Below, in pieces: positions 57,350-64,000 of a DNA stretch of 64,000 bases. Under the pieces are notes generated by a model. That model was not told where the DNA came from and searched no databases. It worked only from the letters and a program-made list of their open reading frames with translations. Made by a program: the position numbers and the translations under genes. Where the stretch lies: IMG/VR virus record IMGVR_UViG_3300028293_000005, positions 1 through 64,000 of that record; one strand, given 5' to 3'. The first letter of the stretch is position 1. Each line of letters begins with the position of its first letter. This DNA is from a virus. Taxonomy: Duplodnaviria; Caudoviricetes.

Positions 57350-58419
57350 ACAGCGTCAGGGCGGGGAATAATGAGGCGGCGCACGTCGAGCGCGTGCACG
57401 GCGAGGTTCTTGTCTTCAGTCAGCCCGCCTTCAGCGGTTGCATAGATGGGCACCTTTCGAAAATTCTGGAAGTTCAGCCCCGCGTCGCCGGACCAGCGCC
57501 CGGTGTGCGCGCCAAAATACTTCAGGCCGAAGGGTAACGTGCCGTCGTCTTTCAGACGGGTCTTGATGGTCTTCAGCGTGCCGTGAAACTTGTTCAGCTG
57601 CCGATACGCGATGACGGCCTGTATCCACGGGAACCGCGGCGCGTATTCGGCCTCCCACTTCTCGAACGCGCCCACGCCTTCCTTAGACTTGACCGGCGGG
57701 CAGGGGATGTTTTCCTTGCGGCAGGCCTCGGCCATGGCCTTGGGGCTCGTCGGCTTGGCGCCGGCAGACACCCAGGGCAACGCGTGCAGGGCGACTATCA
57801 TCATCGTGTCGGTGATGCGCAGGTATTCATTCAGCAATTCCGTGTCGATTTGCACGCCCCGCATGCCCTGCTCGATGGTGAGGTTCGACAACTGCCGCTC
57901 ATGCTCCGGCCACAGGTGCCCAAACTTGTCCCAGAGTTGCCAGCAATGAAACGCGTCGCTGCGCGCATAAGCCAGCATGCGCTCCCGTCCAGCCTTGTCT
58001 TCGCGCAACTGGTCCGATGTTTTCCCATTCGCGTCGTTGCGCGTGGACTTGTCGAGCGTGATGCCGAGCAAAAACTGGCAGGCGTCGTCGAGCGCGCGAC
58101 GGTTGCAGAGGTAACTGGAAAGATTGGCTGAACAATGCCACGCAGAAAATTTCACCTGTGGCGCCCAGCCCCGTTTCACCATCTCGTTGTAAACCGTCCT
58201 ATCGAACTGAGCATTGTGCGAAACCAAAACTTGGTTTTCGAGCGCGCCCCAGTTGAAGTCCGCCGGTTTTCCGGCCCAGCAATTTTTCCCGTCACAGACC
58301 GATATCAGGTAAGGGTCAAAACGGTCGTCTCTGACGTATCTTTCTGCCCCCAAGTCCTGAATGCTATAATCCAGCTTGGTGGCGTAATAGGTTTCGAAGT
58401 CTACTGCGATACTTTTCAT
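57346..58419 (-). CDS. DNA polymerase family A, N-terminal part (3'-5' exonuclease + thumb)
   Basis: VDFET Exo I, HNAQFD Exo II, YARSDA Exo III, AHTGRWSG. Confidence 0.9.
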   Translation of the reverse strand: MKSIAVDFETYYATKLDYSIQDLGAERYVRDDRFDPYLISVCDGKNCWAGKPADFNWGALENQVLVSHNAQFDRTVYNEMVKRGWAPQVKFSAWHCSANLSSYLCNRRALDDACQFLLGITLDKSTRNDANGKTSDQLREDKAGRERMLAYARSDAFHCWQLWDKFGHLWPEHERQLSNLTIEQGMRGVQIDTELLNEYLRITDTMMIVALHALPWVSAGAKPTSPKAMAEACRKENIPCPPVKSKEGVGAFEKWEAEYAPRFPWIQAVIAYRQLNKFHGTLKTIKTRLKDDGTLPFGLKYFGAHTGRWSGDAGLNFQNFRKVPIYATAEGGLTEDKNLAVHALDVRRLIIPRPDAV

Positions 58420-58760
58420 ACTTTTCGTGGACGGCCTTTCGCCGCCTTTCTTTTCCATGTTCGAAGCCGGTGACAACAGGCACACACAAGGTCACATTTG
58501 GCTATCTCGGCAAAAAGCTTTTTCAACGAGTGGCTCCAACCTTGGGCCACACAAAACCGCTTTCGCCCCCGCACATGGTCAAACTCCATGCAGGCGGGAT
58601 GAAATGTTTTTCCGCAGTCCACGCATGGGTCTTTTTTAAGCTCGTCGATTATCCTTCTCCGGCGGGCATAATGCTTAACTTGGTTTTGACGCGAACCCCG
58701 ACGAGCCTTCTTGCGATTCCTCTCGCGCCATTCCTTGGAGTATTGCGCAGCGGATTTCAT
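58416..58760 (-). CDS. HNH homing endonuclease (KCDLVCACCHR family)
   Basis: PCVDCG...EFDHV...KCDLVCACCHRLRT. Confidence 0.85.
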   Translation of the reverse strand: MKSAAQYSKEWRERNRKKARRGSRQNQVKHYARRRRIIDELKKDPCVDCGKTFHPACMEFDHVRGRKRFCVAQGWSHSLKKLFAEIAKCDLVCACCHRLRTWKRKAAKGRPRKV

Positions 58761-58768
58761 TCTGCTAA

Positions 58769-58798
58769 TACCAGTGGAGGGATTTTGCAGAATGTTAA
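58769..58798 (-). promoter_or_regulatory. promoter motif TTAACA-N16-CACTGGTA
   Basis: -35 contains TAA stop 58795; ATG 8 nt downstream. Confidence 0.8.
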
Positions 58799-59025
58799 GT
58801 GCGTTCCCGGCAGGGATGAATGCAGAAGCGGTGTTCCGAAGCGAACCTCAAGACGCCGCCGGCTGTGTAAACTTGACTAAGGTTGTCCAACGTCATCCCA
58901 TGTTCCTTCATGTATTCGTGCCCGGTGTTAGTCGGGCCGAACGAAAAAATTTCTTGGTTGAGAATGGAAAAACCGAAATAGGTCAATCCTCCGATGCGCA
59001 GCTGGTAGTAGGTCAGTCGGTTCAT
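58795..59025 (-). CDS. hypothetical protein
   Basis: MNRLTYY start, ATGA overlap. Confidence 0.55.
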   Translation of the reverse strand: MNRLTYYQLRIGGLTYFGFSILNQEIFSFGPTNTGHEYMKEHGMTLDNLSQVYTAGGVLRFASEHRFCIHPCRERT

Positions 59026-59333
59026 AGGGTGACGCCGCAAGACGGCGTATGTTGGACCTTGTTGGCCATGATTTTTCGGACCGCGATTTCGAGGCGGTCG
59101 CGGCACTTCTCCAGCGCGTAGCCGGTAGTGCAGCGCAAAGCCTCAGGGCACGGCGGCAGGTCGTGCAACGGTGTGGGCACCTTCGATTCGATTTGCCGAA
59201 TGACGGTGTCCACCATTGCTTCTACCTCGTTAATGGTTTCTTTTGACACGCGCTTGAATTTGTCCGCGCGGTTGGTTTTGGAGCACAGCAGGAGATACTC
59301 CCGGCAATGGCTCTCGATGATTAGGTCACTCAT
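59022..59333 (-). CDS. candidate histone-fold protein
   Basis: LIIESHCREYLL / RVSKETINEVEAMV / PSCGVTL pattern. Confidence 0.4.
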   Translation of the reverse strand: MSDLIIESHCREYLLLCSKTNRADKFKRVSKETINEVEAMVDTVIRQIESKVPTPLHDLPPCPEALRCTTGYALEKCRDRLEIAVRKIMANKVQHTPSCGVTL

Positions 59334-59451
59334 GGTTGCAACACAAGTAAATGACGCCGGCGGCGCAGAACATCAAGAGCGCCGCGGGACCTTCGCCACA
59401 CGCCCAGATGAAAAGCGCGGCCCCGAAAAAAATGGCAGCGAGGATTCTCAT
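59326..59451 (-). CDS. small membrane peptide (41 aa)
   Basis: Hand translation MRILAAIFFGAALFIWAC...; overlaps both neighbours. Confidence 0.5.
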   Translation of the reverse strand: MRILAAIFFGAALFIWACGEGPAALLMFCAAGVIYLCCNHE

Positions 59452-59654
59452 GTGAGTGCGGGTCCGCGGTAGACGATTGAAATAATGCTGCAGCCCGGCC
59501 GATTCCGCTTGAAAACCAGCAGCGCCTCTTCAATGGTCGCGGCGACGACGGTCTCCGGCGATGACGCCTCAGCCGTGGCCAACAGGCACTTAATAGACGG
59601 CGCGGGGCCGGTGGTATATTGCGGTTGAACGAACTTGAATTCGAAAATGTTCAT
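59448..59654 (-). CDS. hypothetical protein
   Basis: ATGA-coupled. Confidence 0.6.
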   Translation of the reverse strand: MNIFEFKFVQPQYTTGPAPSIKCLLATAEASSPETVVAATIEEALLVFKRNRPGCSIISIVYRGPALT

Positions 59655-59869
59655 CGGGGTGATTGGTGTTCGGGATTGATGTGGTGTCCGAGTTTCTTCG
59701 CGATTGCCGGGCCGGAGGCACCGACTTTTGCGTATTTGGTTTTGCGGGGCTTGGCGCCCACATGCTCGGCCTGGGCTTCATCTGCCGGCAAAGACCGGCG
59801 TTGCTGCTTGAGACGCCCGAAGGCATCGCGCGCGGCTTCTTTCCGTCTCGTGCTGTTCTTATTCGCCAT
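59651..59869 (-). CDS. small basic protein
   Basis: ATGA-coupled. Confidence 0.55.
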   Translation of the reverse strand: MANKNSTRRKEAARDAFGRLKQQRRSLPADEAQAEHVGAKPRKTKYAKVGASGPAIAKKLGHHINPEHQSPR

Positions 59870-59981
59870 GTGTGTTCTTCTTGTTTTCGGCCCGGCTATA
59901 CGCCTTGGCCGAGGGTTTGACTTTGGTTACCGGACGCAGGTTTCCCCACGTCTTACGAATCTTGATTGGCCTCGGTTTCAC
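59859..59981 (-). CDS. 40-aa basic phage protein (IRKTW..RPVTKVKPS.K.YSR)
   Basis: Hand translation from GTG; familiar small phage family pattern. Confidence 0.6.
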   Translation of the reverse strand: MKPRPIKIRKTWGNLRPVTKVKPSAKAYSRAENKKNTHGE

Positions 59982-60022
59982 GCCGCCAATCTCGCACACG
60001 GTCGTTCTTTTGTCAAACAACG

Positions 60023-60061
60023 AAAAAGCGGACCGAGGGGAAGAACGAACCCCCGGTCCGC
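60023..60061 (-). terminator. Rho-independent terminator
   Basis: GCGGACCGGGGG...CCCCTCGGTCCGC followed by TTTTT on minus strand. Confidence 0.8.
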
Positions 60062-60079
60062 CCGTGGCGAACGGAGCCC

Positions 60080-60898
60080 TTAGGCGCCGATGATTGATTT
60101 CAGGAACGTCTGGAACAGGTCGCTATTACGCGCCGAAGGCCGAAGCTTGGGCACGAAATAATAGTTGTCGTCCTTGCTCTCCTTCTTCGTGGTGAGCGTC
60201 CAGGCGTGCGCGAGGTAGGTCTTGCGCAGGGAACCGCAAGCCCGTTGGGTGCGGATGACTTTCGCTCCCTTGGTATAGGCGCTGCCCTTCATGCCCCAGA
60301 GTGCGAGCGCGAAGTAACGGGGAGGAGTATTCTCGTCCGGCTGGAACGAATACGGGAAAACGTATTGGTCCGGGTCGGCGAAGTCCGCAGGTTTTTCCAC
60401 CAGCACTAAGGCAGTGGCCAGGGTCTGGAAGTAGGCGAGCGGCTTGCCGCTGGCCTTGGACGCGTCCCATTCTTTCCAGTTCAGCGTGCCGTTGTTTTTC
60501 ACAACGTCATTCTCGCTGTTGAAAAGACGGCCTTGTTTCCCGCCGGCCAGTTTCTCCGCGTATTGCAGCGGGCGAAAACCGAGCACGGTGAGCGATAGCG
60601 GCGCGGGCTGCTCCTCGTCCTTGATGGGCGCGGGGAGGATTTCCTGCTCGCCGGCCAGCGTCACGCTGCCGGGGGTGAACCCGCCTTCAGCCATCAGTTT
60701 GCCGACGAACTGGATAATGTTCAGCCGGGGAAAAGCGATGTCCTCGTAGCGAATTGCGTCCTCGTCGAAGTAGCTGGACTGCGCCGGGCGCGCCACTTCG
60801 TTGCCGGTCGGTTCAGCCGCCGACGGTGCGGGTTCCGGGGTTACCGGAGTCGTGGAGTCTTCGACCCCATCACGAACGAAACTAACGGTGTCACTCAT
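60080..60898 (-). CDS. putative ssDNA-binding/recombination protein
   Basis: Position between PD-(D/E)xK nuclease and Pol A; FPRLNIIQ...G motif. Confidence 0.45.
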   Translation of the reverse strand: MSDTVSFVRDGVEDSTTPVTPEPAPSAAEPTGNEVARPAQSSYFDEDAIRYEDIAFPRLNIIQFVGKLMAEGGFTPGSVTLAGEQEILPAPIKDEEQPAPLSLTVLGFRPLQYAEKLAGGKQGRLFNSENDVVKNNGTLNWKEWDASKASGKPLAYFQTLATALVLVEKPADFADPDQYVFPYSFQPDENTPPRYFALALWGMKGSAYTKGAKVIRTQRACGSLRKTYLAHAWTLTTKKESKDDNYYFVPKLRPSARNSDLFQTFLKSIIGA

Positions 60899-61232
60899 TT
60901 TGGTTTTTGGTTTTGGTTTGTTTTCTACGATTCGCCGTGCGAAGGCGGTGGCAACAAGCACACACAATTTCGCACTTTGAAATTTCTTCTTTTAACCGGG
61001 AGAGTCCCGTCATTGTTTTTACGCGGTCACTTATTGACCAGGACTTGTCCCGCAAGTGGTCAAAGTCCATGCACACGGCCGGGAAAAATTGCCCGCAATC
61101 CGCGCATGGAGATGCTTCTTTAATGGCGTTGACCATCGCCTTATTTCTTTGAATTAGACGTGACCGATAGGCCTTGAACTTCGCCGGATTTTTCCGACGG
61201 TATCCGCGGTGATAGGTTCGGCGCGATTTCAT
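60891..61232 (-). CDS. HNH homing endonuclease (KCEIVCACCHR family)
   Basis: PCADCG...DFDHL...KCEIVCACCHRLRT. Confidence 0.85.
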   Translation of the reverse strand: MKSRRTYHRGYRRKNPAKFKAYRSRLIQRNKAMVNAIKEASPCADCGQFFPAVCMDFDHLRDKSWSISDRVKTMTGLSRLKEEISKCEIVCACCHRLRTANRRKQTKTKNQNE

Positions 61233-62383
61233 TTCCGCTTTCCTCGCGTGTCCATTTTCAAATACGCGAAAGGTTCAGACTCATCCACGGCTCCGGCCTC
61301 CAGAAGGTCCTTACCGAACTGCTCAACCGTATCCTCCTTTGAACCGCGGGGCGCCTCGACCGAAATTAAGGATTCAACTGGCCCGATTGGAATTTCAAAG
61401 AGCGCCATCAACAGGGGCCATTTATCCTCGGGAAGATACCGCTTGGCGACTTCCACCAGCCCCGCCGCGCTGCGAACCGAACGACGCGTAGCCGAAACAA
61501 GTCGGTAACCCTCGGGAAGAAAACCATCCTCCATGATTGCCTTATTCGTTGCCTGCGCACGATACGCCTCGCTCCATGCTTTCAGGACTTGCGCGACTTG
61601 AAGCCCAAGGCCAACCATTCGGGGGTCTTGCATCAGCGAGGGAGTCAAAGAGTCCGGGATATCAATGGGCCTATATTTACGACCCACTCGAAGGGCAAGT
61701 TCCGCGACCTTCGGGCACCGCCCCAGCTGTCCGCAGAATGAACATGCGGACACGCTGGGCGATGCCATCAAAAAGTCTCCCGCACGATTAGCCTGGACCG
61801 CCCTGTGCACGACTGTTTTTATGCGCAGCAATAAAGCATCAGCACTACTCAGGTCGATTGTGTGCGAGTCGAGTTCATCTCGATGCGGAAGAATAAAAGT
61901 CACACTGCAGTCTTGCAGCGTTGGAAAACGTTTGAGTAGGCCGAGCGCATAGGCCAAGCCCTGGAGATTGTTGTCCGCAGACTCCACAGCATGTTGACCC
62001 ATCTTGAAGTCTACGATTTCGCCGTGCAGGCCGTCCGCGGTCACGAGCGAGAAGTCCGCGAAGCCGGCTGTCGTGCCATCGAAAACAGTGCCGTCCGGCG
62101 CAATAATTTTCTCGTCATCTACTGGTAGATATTGCTCACGGAGGACGGCGCAACCGGGGAATTTTTTCGCGAGGTCGTCACAGAAAAGCACACATTGAGC
62201 AACCGCGGCTGCCTGGGCATCAGACAGCCGCGGGTCATCCATCCTTGTTTCGGCAGCCTCGTGCTGGCGTGTGCCTGCTTCTGCCGCCGTGTTGGTTCCA
62301 CCAGTGGGCATCCAGCACGGACAAGCTTCGCGGGCTTGTAACGTGCTCGGGGAGTAACAATGGTGTTGCTTCGTCTCAGGCAT
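61229..62383 (-). CDS. PD-(D/E)xK nuclease (DUF2800/Cas4-like type)
   Basis: YSPST..C..W, GT..HE, GFAD, IVDFKMG, NLQGLAY, CSFCGQLGRCP. Confidence 0.8.
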   Translation of the reverse strand: MPETKQHHCYSPSTLQAREACPCWMPTGGTNTAAEAGTRQHEAAETRMDDPRLSDAQAAAVAQCVLFCDDLAKKFPGCAVLREQYLPVDDEKIIAPDGTVFDGTTAGFADFSLVTADGLHGEIVDFKMGQHAVESADNNLQGLAYALGLLKRFPTLQDCSVTFILPHRDELDSHTIDLSSADALLLRIKTVVHRAVQANRAGDFLMASPSVSACSFCGQLGRCPKVAELALRVGRKYRPIDIPDSLTPSLMQDPRMVGLGLQVAQVLKAWSEAYRAQATNKAIMEDGFLPEGYRLVSATRRSVRSAAGLVEVAKRYLPEDKWPLLMALFEIPIGPVESLISVEAPRGSKEDTVEQFGKDLLEAGAVDESEPFAYLKMDTRGKRK

Positions 62384-62395
62384 ATCTCTCACTCT

Positions 62396-62425
62396 AACCA
62401 GTGGAGACTTTTCCGGAAATGTTAA
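62396..62425 (-). promoter_or_regulatory. promoter motif TTAACA-N16-CACTGGTT
   Basis: -35 contains TAA stop 62422. Confidence 0.75.
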
Positions 62426-62607
62426 GAGCCCATCACTCTTTTCTTCATCTTCTCGTGCCGAGGATGAAAGTCCGGGTTGTGTTCAACCGCGTTCAACAGG
62501 CGTTCCTGCGCCTTGGCTTTTGCCTTGGTCGTGTGCTTGGCTTTAACGCCGCCGGGAGTCCGGACGGAGTAAGAGCCGCCTTTGTTCTTGCTGATTTTTA
62601 CTGGCAT
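62422..62607 (-). CDS. small basic phage protein
   Basis: MPVKISK...QERLLNAVE pattern. Confidence 0.7.
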   Translation of the reverse strand: MPVKISKNKGGSYSVRTPGGVKAKHTTKAKAKAQERLLNAVEHNPDFHPRHEKMKKRVMGS

Positions 62608-62819
62608 GATTTTTCACCACCTTTCTTCGGGGTCAAACCAAATGTGACCCCGTCGTATTCGCTGTCCCTCTTCGGAACATAAAACCATTGCATGACGCCG
62701 CAGGCATCTGTGTAACATTCCCAATCTGTGTAACATTCCCAATAGCCCCCGCGCTTCCCCAGCGCCACCCAGGCGGGGTTCAGTCGCGCGTGTGCGCGAT
62801 ATTGCATACAAGGCCACAT
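62598..62819 (-). CDS. hypothetical protein with WECYTD duplication
   Basis: Start uncertain. Confidence 0.35.
   Translation of the reverse strand: MWPCMQYRAHARLNPAWVALGKRGGYWECYTDWECYTDACGVMQWFYVPKRDSEYDGVTFGLTPKKGGEKSCQ
62706..62741. repeat. exact 18-bp tandem duplication ATCTGTGTAACATTCCCA x2
   Basis: Read directly. Confidence 0.95.
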
Positions 62820-62978
62820 AATCAAAGAGGAAGTTCGAATTGTTCGGGACAATCGGGCAAGTCCTGCCATCGTCGCACGATTTGGTCACCACGAACATAA
62901 GCGCGACCATTCCAACGCCAGCCATTGGCCAGGGCATTTTTAATTCGTCGGGTTTGCGCGGAGGTCAGCCCCGATGGG

Positions 62979-63566
62979 TCAGTATTCGAGTCGGATGACT
63001 TCGATTGACCCTTCATAAATAAAGGACGCAACCGGTGCGAATTTTGCCGTCTGTGGTTCGAAGAAGAACACCTCGCCGTCGTTGCGGACGATGAAAATTA
63101 TAACGTGGAGCCCGGTCACCCACGGCTCGTCGTCGCGAAAGAGCGAGTAAGGCCCGTCCAGCTTCACGTAGGCCTTGCCTACGAGCGCGCCGGGCAGCTC
63201 GCCATGCCAATGACGCACGGACCAGCAGGACGCGAGGTATTTGAATTCGGTTGCTTTGTCGTCGCAATCGAAGACCTCCTCTATCCACGGAAACATTTCC
63301 TTGCGCGCCGCCCAAAACTTCACGAGGTCCTCGATTTCCGCTTGGGTCAGGGTCATGTAAGTTCCGTCCTCCGGCCCCAGCAGATACGGATTGGGGTCCG
63401 GCGGGCACCAGTTGACCTTTTTGCCCAGCAGAGATTCCGCTTCCTCCCAGGTCATATACAGGGGCGAGTCTTGCGGCGCTCGCGGCACATTGCAGAGGAT
63501 GGGAGAAGGAGGGTCGTCGGCCAGGAGTGTCCCCGCCGCCAGGAGCAAAGCTAAAAATGTCTTCAC
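62979..63566 (-). CDS. secreted papain/transglutaminase-like protein (DCDD...H...FEPQ type)
   Basis: Signal peptide; FDCDDKA, GLHVII, FFEPQT. Confidence 0.65.
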   Translation of the reverse strand: MKTFLALLLAAGTLLADDPPSPILCNVPRAPQDSPLYMTWEEAESLLGKKVNWCPPDPNPYLLGPEDGTYMTLTQAEIEDLVKFWAARKEMFPWIEEVFDCDDKATEFKYLASCWSVRHWHGELPGALVGKAYVKLDGPYSLFRDDEPWVTGLHVIIFIVRNDGEVFFFEPQTAKFAPVASFIYEGSIEVIRLEY

Positions 63567-63579
63567 GTTCTTTCATAGA

Positions 63580-63609
63580 AAGAAGTGGCGGCAGAGGCAG
63601 TTTTGTCAA
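63580..63609 (-). promoter_or_regulatory. promoter motif TTGACA-N16-CACTTCTT
   Basis: -35 contains TGA stop 63606. Confidence 0.7.
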
Positions 63610-63914
63610 GACATATAATTGCGAAGTGCCTCATACACTCCGCGGCGATTCATCTCCGTCAAAATTCGAAGGTGCAGCTCGAACCATTCTCGCTTGTGGT
63701 TCGGGTATCGCAGGTGTGCCAGCTCGTGCGACAAGGTGTCAATGAGGTGATACGGATAGATGCGGTAGCCATGGCGCCGAAGCTGGATTCGAATGCGCCC
63801 ATTTTTGCAGTCCCCGAAAAACTTCCGGCGCGGCCCGAGCCAGCCAACCTTCTTCAAGGGCAGACCGAAAAGGTGCGCGAAGTCGCACAGGATGTCTTCG
63901 ACGTAGTCCTTCAT
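63606..63914 (-). CDS. zincin metallopeptidase (WLM/YgjP/SprT-like)
   Basis: TLSHELAHLRYPNH..EWF. Confidence 0.8.
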   Translation of the reverse strand: MKDYVEDILCDFAHLFGLPLKKVGWLGPRRKFFGDCKNGRIRIQLRRHGYRIYPYHLIDTLSHELAHLRYPNHKREWFELHLRILTEMNRRGVYEALRNYMS

Positions 63915-64000
63915 GCGCCAGGAACGTGGATTTTGCCATGCACCACGCGGCCGTCCGCGCAGCGGGTGATGCCGTGCTCCGCGCTGTAGATACCGGCCTT
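63911..64000 (-). CDS. 3' end of a gene starting outside the window
   Basis: Open frame ...HGITRCADGRVVHGKIHVPGA* with ATGA overlap. Confidence 0.5.
   Translation of the reverse strand, partial: KAGIYSAEHGITRCADGRVVHGKIHVPGA

Noticed and set aside
1-64000. Stop-codon reassignment
   Set aside because: TGA, TAA and TAG all terminate well-recognised genes, and long core genes are intact under the standard code

Overview
Most of a lytic-looking, podovirus-type tailed phage genome (roughly 60% GC by eye; host not determinable; most genes lack Shine-Dalgarno motifs). Minus strand 1-3129 and 46649-64000 carries early/replication genes: MazG-like protein, GT4 glycosyltransferase, metallophosphoesterase, RuvC-like resolvase, a phage sigma-70-family factor, primase-helicase, a family-A DNA polymerase split into two overlapping ORFs, SSB-like protein, PD-(D/E)xK nuclease and a histone-fold candidate. 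Plus strand 3516-46677 carries packaging and virion genes: TerS candidate, serine recombinase, TerL, portal, scaffold, major capsid, collagen-like fibres, short-tail proteins, GNAT and ejection proteins including a 2151-aa polyvalent protein. Highlights: (1) a 13-copy promoter-like motif TT(G/A)ACA-N16-CACT(T/G)NT whose -35 box contains the upstream gene's stop codon in 8 cases, plus a phage sigma that could read it; (2) a ~580-nt highly structured non-coding locus between one such promoter and terL; (3) a three-GT + sulfotransferase + GDP-fucose synthase cassette inside the head module; (4) a giant ejection protein with an HExxH peptidase and five repeated R-x-(G/A)-(F/Y/N)-L-T junctions delimiting modules; (5) 13 free-standing homing endonucleases, almost all overlapping or abutting neighbouring genes. 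All protein calls come from motif recognition by eye; no database search was run.
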